Assembly (NCBI GenBank): GCA_038046805.1
Contig: JBBSVO010000003.1
Span: 19,878-83,877 of the forward strand
Direction of reading: 5' to 3'
DNA from: Candidatus Micrarchaeota archaeon
GTDB lineage: Archaea; Micrarchaeota; Micrarchaeia; Anstonellales; Bilamarchaeaceae
DNA: 64,000 nucleotides
This document shows, piece by piece, positions 50,626 through 60,130 of this stretch (position 1 is its first letter; each line of letters starts with the position of its first letter). The position numbers and the translations under genes were made by a program. Under the pieces are notes generated by a model. The model did not search any database. It was not told where the DNA came from and saw nothing but the letters and a program-made list of their open reading frames with translations.

Positions 50626-51393
50626 ATGGACACGAGACTGCTTGAACAGATAGGACTTACCAAGGGGGAAAGTAGGGTTTACCTCTCGCTCCTTAAGCTT
50701 GGTAATTCTAAAACCGGGCAATTGGCATCGCTTGCGAGTGTTTCATCTTCGAAAGTTTACAAGATTCTTGACCGCCTTGAGAAAAAAGGGCTGGTTGGAC
50801 ACGTGATGAAAGGGAATATAAAATATTTCAGCTCCATGGAGCCGCGACGCATTTTGGATTATCTTGACGAAAAACGCTCAAAGCTTGAGCAGGACAGGGC
50901 ACTTTTAGCGCAACTCGTACCTGAGCTGGAAAAACAGAAAAAAGCCGCGGGTCAAAAAACTGAGGTGACACTTTACGACGGTTACAAAGGAGTGGCAAAT
51001 TTTTTCAGAAATATTGTTGATGAACTGAAGTTCGGAGACGAGTATTTCGTTATCGGAGCATATTATGGAAAGGAAGCACAGGACGAGATTACGGCCAGAT
51101 GGAGGGAATTTTTCTATAAGCACCATCTGAGAAGAATTGCCAAAGGAATTAAAGTAAAGATGCTTGCAAACCACGACATCAAGGGAAAAATGGTACAGAC
51201 AACACAACAAAAATCAGAGATACGCTATTTACCCCAGTACCTGATTACTAATATGGAAATCGTTTTCTATAATAACAAAGTCTTTATCGCTTTTTTTACC
51301 AGTGAACCAAAGGCATTTTTGCTGGAAAGCGAAGAGGCAGTGAAAAGCTTCAGGAAATATTTTGAGGTATTGTGGAGGATTGCAAAGCCCTGA
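50626..51393 (+). CDS. TrmB-family transcriptional regulator
   Basis: LEQIGLTKGESRVYLSLL..SKVYKILDRLEKKGLV wHTH followed by a C-terminal effector domain. Confidence 0.9.
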   Translation: MDTRLLEQIGLTKGESRVYLSLLKLGNSKTGQLASLASVSSSKVYKILDRLEKKGLVGHVMKGNIKYFSSMEPRRILDYLDEKRSKLEQDRALLAQLVPELEKQKKAAGQKTEVTLYDGYKGVANFFRNIVDELKFGDEYFVIGAYYGKEAQDEITARWREFFYKHHLRRIAKGIKVKMLANHDIKGKMVQTTQQKSEIRYLPQYLITNMEIVFYNNKVFIAFFTSEPKAFLLESEEAVKSFRKYFEVLWRIAKP

Positions 51394-52377
51394 TTACATT
51401 CGTTCCCTGGCCGTATTGAGCCTGGCGATATTCGCGTCTGTCAGGGGAACAAGAATAAGGTTCTCGGTTACTCCCTGCATAAGACGGGTAACTTCTTCTG
51501 CTGCTTTTCTTTGTACAGTTGCGGGTCTGCCCGGCATGTAATAGTATTCAAGCATTTCAATCAGTATGACCACTGCTTCGGCCTTGGTAAGCGTCATTCG
51601 GCCATCAAATGCTCTAAGATACATATGCAATTTAGATGGTTCGAGCCCTCGCGCGGCAGGTTGCCTGTAATCTATTGGAGTTCCATTCAAGTCTGCAAGC
51701 ACTCCGCCACCATATTGGCCGATTCTGTGCAGTTCAAGATACTTATCTGCCCCAATCTCCAGTTCGCCAAGGGCATATTTTGGCATTATTGAGCCCCTCT
51801 TTCCAGCGAAAATTCCGCACGCCCTTGCACTGAAAAGTGTTGCCTCGGCAAGAAGCGCCAAATCCACGCCGCGTGCTCGATAGTCTTCGACAACACCGAG
51901 ATAACCAATAAACATTGTTCCTGATTTTGGCAGGATTCCGCCCGTGGTTAAACCAACTGGGGTTCCATCCTTGGCCATTGCACTGCACCAGAAAGAGGCA
52001 TAACCATACTGTGTAATTCTGCTCTGGACTTCGTCAAGAAGATAATCGAGGGTTGGACCGTGGTCTTCCCAGTCCGCCTCTCTGAAAACCTTTCTATAAA
52101 CCGAATAGTAAACTAATGCAAAATCCTTCAAACTCTCGTCCATATACCTGAGATTGTTTCTGAGCTTGTCCTCTGACCAGTCATTGTTTATTGCGAGTGT
52201 CAAAAATCTCTTTGTACGGGATACCTTATGTTCATCACGGGCCGGATCAATAGAAGTGGGCTCTAAAAGGCTTACTCTGCCGTTAAAACCACGCTGTGCC
52301 GTGGCAACATAACAGACATCCACTGCTCTTGGGATAATTAAACCTTGTTTTGGAGTTATTAATTTTGAACCAGACAT
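51394..52377 (-). CDS. Hypothetical protein with a GNAT-like domain
   Basis: IGYLGVVEDYRARGV..LL resembles acetyl-CoA-binding motif A. Confidence 0.55.
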   Translation of the reverse strand: MSGSKLITPKQGLIIPRAVDVCYVATAQRGFNGRVSLLEPTSIDPARDEHKVSRTKRFLTLAINNDWSEDKLRNNLRYMDESLKDFALVYYSVYRKVFREADWEDHGPTLDYLLDEVQSRITQYGYASFWCSAMAKDGTPVGLTTGGILPKSGTMFIGYLGVVEDYRARGVDLALLAEATLFSARACGIFAGKRGSIMPKYALGELEIGADKYLELHRIGQYGGGVLADLNGTPIDYRQPAARGLEPSKLHMYLRAFDGRMTLTKAEAVVILIEMLEYYYMPGRPATVQRKAAEEVTRLMQGVTENLILVPLTDANIARLNTARERM

Positions 52378-52450
52378 AGTATATTTTGTGTGCCAACGGA
52401 TTTTTAAAGTGTGGTAAGATGGCAACTTTTAGGAAATAAGGCGATGCGGC

Positions 52451-53833
52451 TCAAGGCGGAGAACCACAGGTATAATCGTAATAAAATACCTTTCCGTCTT
52501 TTTCTGCCTTGAATTTTCCTGACATTGGACCCAGGTCTTTTTCGCAAACGTAATCGCATGAATAAGGCAGATTAACGCAGCCGCTTTTCAAGAACTTCGT
52601 ATGTTGTTTATGAAAGCCCACACCTGCTAGAACCATCAGGCATAACCCTGCAACAGCTACTGCCGGAACGACAAATTTACTGATGAAAAACCCCAACCAC
52701 TGGGTATAAGGAACAGCATACTGACTATTAGCATCAATATCTGACTGGACAAGAACCTTGAGCACGCTCTGGGCACTGTCGGCATACATTTTTGCAGCCA
52801 CAAATCCCTTTATCGCCGCATTGAGATCAAGCAGGCCAACTCTATGGGTTATCAATGACCGCAGTTCCAATTGCCTTCCAAACACCAGCTCAGATGTTTC
52901 ATCGTGCAGTTCAAAGGCAGAGGAATAACTTGGCACCACTAACCTGTTTCGGATTACAGATGGCTGCTCGGTTCTTGATAATTCGTTCCAGTGTTTTCTA
53001 CCGCTTGAGTCAGAAATAAGATCGCCAAAGTATACTGCTATTCCGCCTTCTTCAATCAAATCAACCGCAGATAAAATTGCTTTTTCAGATGCACATGCTA
53101 CAATAGCCTTCCTTATTCCAAATCCTTTCAAACTACGTGCTTCACCAGGTTTGAGAGCGATTGCACCAAATCCTTCGGAACGATTTCTCCGATACGCATT
53201 AGGTTCTATACTTAGTACATTTGCCCCATAAAGTCTGGTTAAGATCTGAGTAAATAACAAACCATTGGCCCCTTGACCTATAATCAAAACAGGTTCTCCC
53301 TTTTCGATAGCCTGGCCGAATTTCTTGAACATACTCGTTGCCTTTAGAACGCAATTAAGTGGCTCTACAAAGACTGCTTCCTCATATGAAATGCCGCTTG
53401 GAATCTTGATAAGACCTCGTGCTATTACCTCTTTTGGCAAAACAATGTATTCGGCAAACCCGCCTCCGCTTGGTTTTCCATATCCAGCAGAAGTATCTAC
53501 GTTTGCATATGTAGGACACTGCGAGAATCTCTTTTCATTGCATGGTTTGCATTCTGAACCAAGACACGGAACATGATGAAAAACAGCAACCCGATCTCCA
53601 ACAGACACCATCCTTACTTGTGAACCGCATTCAACAACTTCCCCTACGATTTCATGGCCAAAAACCCTGGGGTCTCTTTTGCCTAATCCAAGAAGATTAA
53701 ACCAGATTTTTTTGACATCGGTGCCGCAAAGGCCAGTACAGACGACACGCAATAATATCTGATCTGGACTAATAACCGGTTTTGGAATTCTCTCAACTTT
53801 TAATTTTCCGTTTTCATAAATAGCTGCATGCAT
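52451..53833 (-). CDS. Zn-dependent MDR alcohol dehydrogenase with a C-terminal TM helix and Cys tail
   Basis: CGTD, GHE, structural-Zn cysteines and IIGQGANG; hydrophobic helix near the C-terminus; start could be 53884. Confidence 0.82.
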   Translation of the reverse strand: MHAAIYENGKLKVERIPKPVISPDQILLRVVCTGLCGTDVKKIWFNLLGLGKRDPRVFGHEIVGEVVECGSQVRMVSVGDRVAVFHHVPCLGSECKPCNEKRFSQCPTYANVDTSAGYGKPSGGGFAEYIVLPKEVIARGLIKIPSGISYEEAVFVEPLNCVLKATSMFKKFGQAIEKGEPVLIIGQGANGLLFTQILTRLYGANVLSIEPNAYRRNRSEGFGAIALKPGEARSLKGFGIRKAIVACASEKAILSAVDLIEEGGIAVYFGDLISDSSGRKHWNELSRTEQPSVIRNRLVVPSYSSAFELHDETSELVFGRQLELRSLITHRVGLLDLNAAIKGFVAAKMYADSAQSVLKVLVQSDIDANSQYAVPYTQWLGFFISKFVVPAVAVAGLCLMVLAGVGFHKQHTKFLKSGCVNLPYSCDYVCEKDLGPMSGKFKAEKDGKVFYYDYTCGSPP

Positions 53834-53916
53834 AAAACTGCCGGATTTTTGCTGAGGATAGCCCAGGTGAATCAACTTACCCATAGAAATATAATTTGAC
53901 ACAACTGATTTTTAAT

Positions 53917-54453
53917 TTAATGTTTTTTTGCTTGGTTCAGAAGAAAATCAAAGCAATCCTCTTTTGTCCCATGCCTTGAATTCCACTCTTTTACCAGTTT
54001 CTTATATGCCGCAAGCTCGCAGACATATTCAGAATTAGATGTTGCAGATCGTCCAAGACTCGAAATCCGAAACGCAAGACGCGGAACCATTGGGCATCTC
54101 GGGTGTGGAAGCATTTTACCCTCTAGATTTAAGGGATAACTTCTGCATCCTCGCGGTGCAACATCAAAAATCGTGCAGCGATTATTTTTGTCAAGGAAAA
54201 TACATGGATGGGATTTGAAAGTGAGGATATACTCGTAGCGCGTCCCGTTATCTGCCCCAGTATCCGCTCTGTAGCACTCCAGCACCGTCTCGTTGTCCTG
54301 ATTGAAAATACGTGCGGGTTCCAGGACTGCAAATTCTTCGGGTTTTTTATTTAGTTTTTCCGCAACGCGGAGGACGTCAAAAGAAGTAACGGTGATGAAA
54401 TAGTCCTTGCAGCAAATGGCTGAGCAAAATTGGCAGGGAGAAGGAATTGCCAT
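53917..54453 (-). CDS. YkgJ-family CxxCxxCC protein
   Basis: CQFCSAICC and CIFLD..CTIF..PRGCRSYP motifs. Confidence 0.8.
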   Translation of the reverse strand: MAIPSPCQFCSAICCKDYFITVTSFDVLRVAEKLNKKPEEFAVLEPARIFNQDNETVLECYRADTGADNGTRYEYILTFKSHPCIFLDKNNRCTIFDVAPRGCRSYPLNLEGKMLPHPRCPMVPRLAFRISSLGRSATSNSEYVCELAAYKKLVKEWNSRHGTKEDCFDFLLNQAKKH

Positions 54454-54496
54454 ACAAATTATAACGAAAAACGGATTAATAAAACCGCTCTAGGCC

Positions 54497-55081
54497 TCAG
54501 AACCTCTTCTCAACCGCATCCCAGTCTAATGCCTTGAAAAAAGAGTTTATGTAATCCGCGCGCTTCAGACCGTAATCAAGCATGAACGCATGCTCGAATA
54601 CATCCATTACAAGAAGCGGGATTGCACCGGAAAGATGGCCAGTATCATGCTCGTTTATCCAGACGTTGAACAATCGCTTTGCGAGCGGATCAAAATACAA
54701 AATAACCCACCCGATTCCGCGCATCGCACCGGTTGCCCGAAAATCTTTTTCCCAGTTTTCATAGGAACCGAAATCAGTGGTGAATTGTTTTGATAGTTTT
54801 GAATTTGAACCGCCCGAGGGGGATTTTCCGCCCTTAACTATGTTTCCGAAATACAATTCATGCAATCGCATTCCATTGAATTCCCAGCCAAACCTTCGCT
54901 TTAATTCAGCGTATTCTGGAACCGTGGTTTTTCCTTCCTTTGCCATCGAGGAAAGCGCATCTGCCAGCTTGTTTGTGTTTGTTACGTAACCCTGGTACAG
55001 GATAAAATGGTTTTTCAGGAGCGCGTCGCTGAAACCTTCTGTTCCCAACAGCGTATCAAAATTCTTTGGTTCGTAAGTCAT
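54497..55081 (-). CDS. sod: Fe/Mn superoxide dismutase family protein
   Basis: NHFILYQGYV, LHELYF and DVFEHAF metal-ligand motifs. Confidence 0.87.
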   Translation of the reverse strand: MTYEPKNFDTLLGTEGFSDALLKNHFILYQGYVTNTNKLADALSSMAKEGKTTVPEYAELKRRFGWEFNGMRLHELYFGNIVKGGKSPSGGSNSKLSKQFTTDFGSYENWEKDFRATGAMRGIGWVILYFDPLAKRLFNVWINEHDTGHLSGAIPLLVMDVFEHAFMLDYGLKRADYINSFFKALDWDAVEKRF

Positions 55082-55121
55082 AGATTCACCAGTGTATTGG
55101 CAGTTTGCATACTGCGATTCG

Positions 55122-55565
55122 TTAGTAGCTGCTGCCAGATTTCTTTAATAATAGCTCAAGCTCTGTTATGTGCTCCTGCTCTTCCATTAATATATGCCTT
55201 ATCTCGTGCTCAAGTAGAAAATCATAGTATTTTGGTTTTTCCTTTGTGAGTTTTTCCATTATTTTTCTGTAAACGTCAACTGCCATTTTTTCATCTTTTA
55301 AATTCTGCTCAAGGATTTCAGTTATGGTTTTGGCTTGAGCTGTTGGGGCAACGTTCATTGATGGTACTCCGCCTAATGCGCCAATTAATGTTCGGAATTT
55401 TTCCTGATGCTTAAGCTCATCTCCTGCGATTTCCTTAAGCCTTGCAATAATCGGCTCTGCATTTTCACCTTCAACTATTTCCGCATGACTAAGGTACTGA
55501 ATATGCGCAGAATGTTCCAACTCGAGTGCTTTGTTCAAAAGTCCAATAATTTCTTCTTTTCCCAT
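55122..55565 (-). CDS. Ferritin-like (bacterioferritin/Dps-like) protein
   Basis: E..A.IQY, DELKH, E..A..Y and EEQEH diiron ligands. Confidence 0.87.
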   Translation of the reverse strand: MGKEEIIGLLNKALELEHSAHIQYLSHAEIVEGENAEPIIARLKEIAGDELKHQEKFRTLIGALGGVPSMNVAPTAQAKTITEILEQNLKDEKMAVDVYRKIMEKLTKEKPKYYDFLLEHEIRHILMEEQEHITELELLLKKSGSSY

Positions 55566-55599
55566 AATATCACCAAATGATAGAGCACCTACAAATGTT

Positions 55600-56190
55600 T
55601 TATAGCTTCCCTACAAGGTCCAGATTTGGGGAAAGTGTCTTTTTTCCAGGTTCCCAGCTTGCCGGGCAAACCTGTCCCGGATGCTCACGAACGAACTTGG
55701 CTGCTTTTAGCTTTCGCAATATTTCCTTTGCACTTCTTCCAATGCTGTTATCGTGGATTTCCGCGCTTTTTACGACGCCGTCCGGATCAATAATGAACGT
55801 TCCGCGAAGAGAAAGGCCGACTCCCTCGATATAAGTGCCGAATTCACGGCATAACTTTCCGGTTGGATCCGCAAGCATTGGAAATTTAATCTTTTTTATT
55901 GATGGAGAAACATCGTGCCATGCCTTGTGGACAAAAACAGTATCTGTGCTCACACTCATTACCTCTGCGTCCTGTTTTGCGAATTCTTCGTAAAGATCTG
56001 CCAGTTCCTCCAGTTCGGTCGGACAGACGAATGTGAAATCAGCGGGATAGAATGCCAATACTAGCCACTTCCCACCTTTTGCGGAATCCGCGAAATAATC
56101 GGACAGCTTAATCTTCACGCTCTTGTTTGCGTGGAATGCCTCCAATTCCAAATCCTTTATTTCGTTTAATTTCTCCCCTACTCTTGCCAT
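55600..56190 (-). CDS. ahpC: 2-Cys peroxiredoxin AhpC
   Basis: FYPADFTFVCPTE and VCPASW motifs. Confidence 0.95.
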   Translation of the reverse strand: MARVGEKLNEIKDLELEAFHANKSVKIKLSDYFADSAKGGKWLVLAFYPADFTFVCPTELEELADLYEEFAKQDAEVMSVSTDTVFVHKAWHDVSPSIKKIKFPMLADPTGKLCREFGTYIEGVGLSLRGTFIIDPDGVVKSAEIHDNSIGRSAKEILRKLKAAKFVREHPGQVCPASWEPGKKTLSPNLDLVGKL

Positions 56191-56349
56191 GTAAAAAACA
56201 CCTCTGAAAGATATATTGATACTGAGTTAGACTAGCGGAATTATTTATAAGCAAGGTTCGGAAACGTAACTGAACGCGGAACGCAAAACTCGAAACAGAA
56301 TTATGCCTGGTTAACGTATTTATTTAAACAATGTCCGCAAAATCCAACC

Positions 56350-57441
56350 ATGCCAGAACCATGGTTTCCCTTGCCATTAGCACTTGCCCCTCCGAGGGAA
56401 AAAACCGGAAAACTAGAACTCATCGCACCGTTGCCAACTTTTGCATTGGAATTGTTGGAAACAGACAAACTGAGGATGAAGCTTGGTCTGGACATGGCAT
56501 ATTCCGCCTTTGAAAACCTTCAGAACATCTATAAGGGAATGTCTGCGGGAGAAAAAAGCGGAGAGTCCGGAACACTCGGAATAAAATACGTCCTTAACAG
56601 CGGTGTTACAAAATCCCCGTCCGAGGTTTTGGCGACGGGGAAAGGAGACTGCGACGAGATAACAAGGCTGGCTTTCCTTTCTGCCTCTGGGCTTGGAGCC
56701 CAAAACGCAGTCATGGTTGAAATGACCTGGACAAATCCCAAGACAAAACTGTTTGAGGGGCATTCCGCGCTGGTGCTGATACCTGAGAATCCGCTGGATG
56801 CCCCACTGGTTTTTGATTTCACATATCTGCATGATGGAAAGCAGCTGGAATCCGCAGACCTTGAGAAAGGGCTGAAGAAGTTCTATGCAGAAGATGCGAA
56901 GAATCCTGATTTTAAGATAGCGCAGTTTGGAACTGTTACGGAAGTGGAGGCGTCTTATTACGACAAGGTCGGCTGGCAGTATTCCACGATTGGAAATTGG
57001 GAGATGACCGCGCTGGCTTATGAAAAGGCGGTGGGCCTTGTGCCTGATGGATTTGAGTATAACCGAAATCTTGGCTTCACTTATAAAAAATTAAAGAAAT
57101 ATGAAAAGGCTCTGGAGTATTACAAAAAAGCGTCTGAAACAAAAGAAGGAAAAGAAGACACGGAGACTTATTCAAATATCGGAGATATCTATTTATCATT
57201 AAAAAGATACGAAGAAGCAGGGCAAACGTTAAAACTTGCATTGTCCCTAAATCCGAACAGAACGCTCTATGAAACAATAGGTCATAACCTTGCAACTGCA
57301 ATGTTCAAGGAAGGAAAACGTCTTATGAATGAAAAAAAACATGACGATGCCCTTGCTCATTTCAATGAAGCCTTGCAATATTTACCTAGCAATGAGGATA
57401 TTAAACATATGATAAAACTGTTAGAAACAAAAACAAGATGA
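56350..57441 (+). CDS. Transglutaminase-like domain plus TPR repeats
   Basis: GKGDCDE (Cys), GHSAL (His) and FDFT (Asp) triad; TPR patterns such as ALEYYKKA and ALAHFNEALQY. Confidence 0.75.
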   Translation: MPEPWFPLPLALAPPREKTGKLELIAPLPTFALELLETDKLRMKLGLDMAYSAFENLQNIYKGMSAGEKSGESGTLGIKYVLNSGVTKSPSEVLATGKGDCDEITRLAFLSASGLGAQNAVMVEMTWTNPKTKLFEGHSALVLIPENPLDAPLVFDFTYLHDGKQLESADLEKGLKKFYAEDAKNPDFKIAQFGTVTEVEASYYDKVGWQYSTIGNWEMTALAYEKAVGLVPDGFEYNRNLGFTYKKLKKYEKALEYYKKASETKEGKEDTETYSNIGDIYLSLKRYEEAGQTLKLALSLNPNRTLYETIGHNLATAMFKEGKRLMNEKKHDDALAHFNEALQYLPSNEDIKHMIKLLETKTR

Positions 57442-57442
57442 A

Positions 57443-57814
57443 TCACCTAATATTGGGTGCAGGGATTAAATTACTGGGGGTTTCTTTTGGTTTTAATGTC
57501 ATTGAACCATCCGGATCAAGTTGCATCTTCGATCCGTATTTGCTAATGAAAATAACTGTGCCATCACGTTGCGTTTCAATAATTTTACCTTCAGCAACAA
57601 TATCCCCGTCTCCATCAAATATTCTAATAGTTCCATCTTTTCGCTTAAGTAATACTATTCCATTTGGATAAGTAACCTGTACTTTCCCGGGCACAGTACT
57701 TTTCGCATCTGCCATAATCCCTTCTTGCATTGAAGGTTTAAAATCAGTTGGCTTGACCGAAGAGCATGATAGGGCGAACGCAGCGATTGAAGCACCAACA
57801 ATCAATCTTCGCAT
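57443..57814 (-). CDS. Small lipoprotein with xDGT beta-hairpin repeats
   Basis: MRRLIVGASIAAFALSC lipobox; KDGT, RDGT and PDGS turns. Confidence 0.6.
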   Translation of the reverse strand: MRRLIVGASIAAFALSCSSVKPTDFKPSMQEGIMADAKSTVPGKVQVTYPNGIVLLKRKDGTIRIFDGDGDIVAEGKIIETQRDGTVIFISKYGSKMQLDPDGSMTLKPKETPSNLIPAPNIR

Positions 57815-57978
57815 GTTATAGATATAGTTAAAAAAGGATATAAATCCATCAGTTACAATCACCCTTCAGAAAGCGACTAAAAATAGAATAATAGACACAA
57901 CCCGAAACTGGAAACAAGAAACCATAAAGCTGCTGCATCAAGCTTTTCGGCTCATTACAGAACTGAAAACCGGAGACC

Positions 57979-58210
57979 CGAAACAGTAAACAGCATGTGC
58001 CACACGTGTTCAAGAGCCCTTCAGGGGGAGCGCCCCCTAAAGTGCTTCACCCCCAGCAACCCCCCATAGCGAATAGACTTCAAGACACAAAACTCGAAAC
58101 AGTAAACAGCATGTGCCGCACGTGTTCAAGAGCCTTTTTGGCTTATGGTTTCTAAGGGCAAAAACGCGTCGCGAAAAACCATGGAAAAGCATTGTGCCGC
58201 ACGTGTTCAA
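57979..58210. repeat. Direct repeats: 40-bp x2 (one mismatch) plus a third 18-bp core TGTGCC(A/G)CACGTGTTCAA
   Basis: Copies at 57979-58018, 58095-58134 and 58193-58210; ggggg-agcg-ccccc hairpin between copies 1 and 2. Confidence 0.8.
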
Positions 58211-58347
58211 CACACCTTCATAGTTTAAACTCAGGCGGCCATTAGCGCACGGCACAGGATAAATAAAACGGATGGATGATATATACCTTTGTGGTAGTTT
58301 TCCTATAATAGTATAGCTTTTAAATACGTGGATGCAAATAGAAGAAT

Positions 58348-60075
58348 ATGACGATTGCTCGAATGCAAGAAGTGGCAGATAAACCAACAATAATGCCAAG
58401 GTTATATGCCGTACCTGGGTACGAAACGATCCAAAAACTAACGTCCCTTAACCACCTGATGAAGGAACTTGGGGAAACCAGCCTTGCCCACCTTAGACAT
58501 ATCACCAGGACAGGAAATGACGAATTTTATGGACATATAGGCGTCCCGACAGGTGAAAAAAGGCAGATAAAATTACAACGGGGGATCCACGGGCAATATC
58601 TTATTGATGAAACAGATGCTGATTATTTGCGGCAACAGCGACAGCTTAGAAAATTAGGATATACTAGCTGGAGCGACACGAAAAGAGCTATTAGCGCAGC
58701 GCTTCCGGACGGGATGAAGGAACTTCCAAAAAGCATGCTTGAGGAACGGATTACATGCCAGGGAAGGGTATCGAAGTTGAACTATCCCGTATTGTCAAAA
58801 AGGGGAAAGGATACTTGCATAGTCCTGTTGAGGCTGACCAACGAACTTTTTTTAAGAAATGAAGACGCGGAATTCATAATCAGGGAAGAGGTAAGGAGAA
58901 GAACGAAATTTGTTTCTTTTGCCGATGTTGCGAAAACGCTCAGCGTGACGCTTAGGACAATTCACAACTGGGCACATACTGGCAAAATCAGCTGGGTCAG
59001 ATACGGCGAGGATATGTTTATGTGCAGGCAAGATGCAACCAGGCTGTCAGAACAGGATGCTCGGATCACGGCCGCAATGCCGCATAAACAAATGGGGGTG
59101 GCACAGGCTTTTGCAGCAGTTGGCATTACGATCAGTAGTTATGGAAAAGATATTACAACCATTGACGGGCAACGATATTACTTATACGAACATATCAATA
59201 CTGGCGGTAAAGTAGCGGTGCGCAGGATACCCTTAACCCTGGGAAGCGACCATAAATTATATATGCCAAAATCCGACGCTGATTATATCAGGGACAGGGA
59301 ACGCGAGGCTTCAATGTGGTTTACATCCAAGCGTTTTTGTGAAACCCTTGGAATCTCTCCAGGGAAAGTAACCGCAAGTGCCACCCCGAAAGAAAGAAAA
59401 CTACGCTTTTACGTCGGGCGTGGGATATATCTGGAACTTGATTACGTCATACATAGAGACGGGATACTGATTAAACCAGATGATGTCTGTGCGCTTGCGC
59501 GCGTTATTAACACTCTTGGAAATGGTTGCAAAAGGTTTGAATCAATCAGATATGCCCACGAATTGCTGGAAGAACATCTTGAAATTTTAGAACCTTCAAA
59601 AGGCATTTTGCGACTTGGTGAGCGAGTTCTCAGGTATGAATTAGGCGAGGTTTTGAAAATAGATTTTCAGAATTTCGGGGTTCCTTTTATGAAAATAAAA
59701 CCTGCTGGCTCCGAACAGCCCGAAATCGTATTTGGAAGGGAAGGCGCTGAACTCGCCAGCCTTTATGTTGGCCTGATGCGCGACCATAGACTGGCTTCAG
59801 ATCTGGTCATGTCGGTATTTGATGCGGTCAATGGAACGAACGGAAACGAATATGCACCAAGAAGATTAACCGATTTTCAGAAAGCAGTCGCATGGATTGC
59901 GAGATTTGCTTATATGGTCAGGAACGGTTCGAAGCACCCATGGTTCGAAGCAGTTGATAACATTGCGCATGATTCTCCTTTGCAGACAAGAATTTATGAC
60001 CCAGGCGTGCCTGATAAATTTGTTTTCAAAAGATTAACCAGTGATGGGACTGCGAGAAAGGATTCCGATGGATAG
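58348..60075 (+). CDS. Multi-module protein with MerR/Xis-type HTH repeats
   Basis: SFADVAKTLSVTLRTIHNWAHTGKI; FTSKRFCETLGIS; internal repeat DADYLR/DADYIR. Confidence 0.55.
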   Translation: MTIARMQEVADKPTIMPRLYAVPGYETIQKLTSLNHLMKELGETSLAHLRHITRTGNDEFYGHIGVPTGEKRQIKLQRGIHGQYLIDETDADYLRQQRQLRKLGYTSWSDTKRAISAALPDGMKELPKSMLEERITCQGRVSKLNYPVLSKRGKDTCIVLLRLTNELFLRNEDAEFIIREEVRRRTKFVSFADVAKTLSVTLRTIHNWAHTGKISWVRYGEDMFMCRQDATRLSEQDARITAAMPHKQMGVAQAFAAVGITISSYGKDITTIDGQRYYLYEHINTGGKVAVRRIPLTLGSDHKLYMPKSDADYIRDREREASMWFTSKRFCETLGISPGKVTASATPKERKLRFYVGRGIYLELDYVIHRDGILIKPDDVCALARVINTLGNGCKRFESIRYAHELLEEHLEILEPSKGILRLGERVLRYELGEVLKIDFQNFGVPFMKIKPAGSEQPEIVFGREGAELASLYVGLMRDHRLASDLVMSVFDAVNGTNGNEYAPRRLTDFQKAVAWIARFAYMVRNGSKHPWFEAVDNIAHDSPLQTRIYDPGVPDKFVFKRLTSDGTARKDSDG

Positions 60076-60130
60076 GAGTGAACCTCCCACGCAGCAAGCT
60101 GCTGGGAATTCGAGAGATTAGACACCAGGG

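Noticed and set aside
57979-58210. 40-bp repeats as a CRISPR array
   Set aside because: Irregular periods (116 and 81 bp), the third copy is partial, and there are no cas genes
58037-58399. 120-aa minus-strand ORF containing NTCG twice
   Set aside because: Arises from the DNA direct repeats; composition is not protein-like
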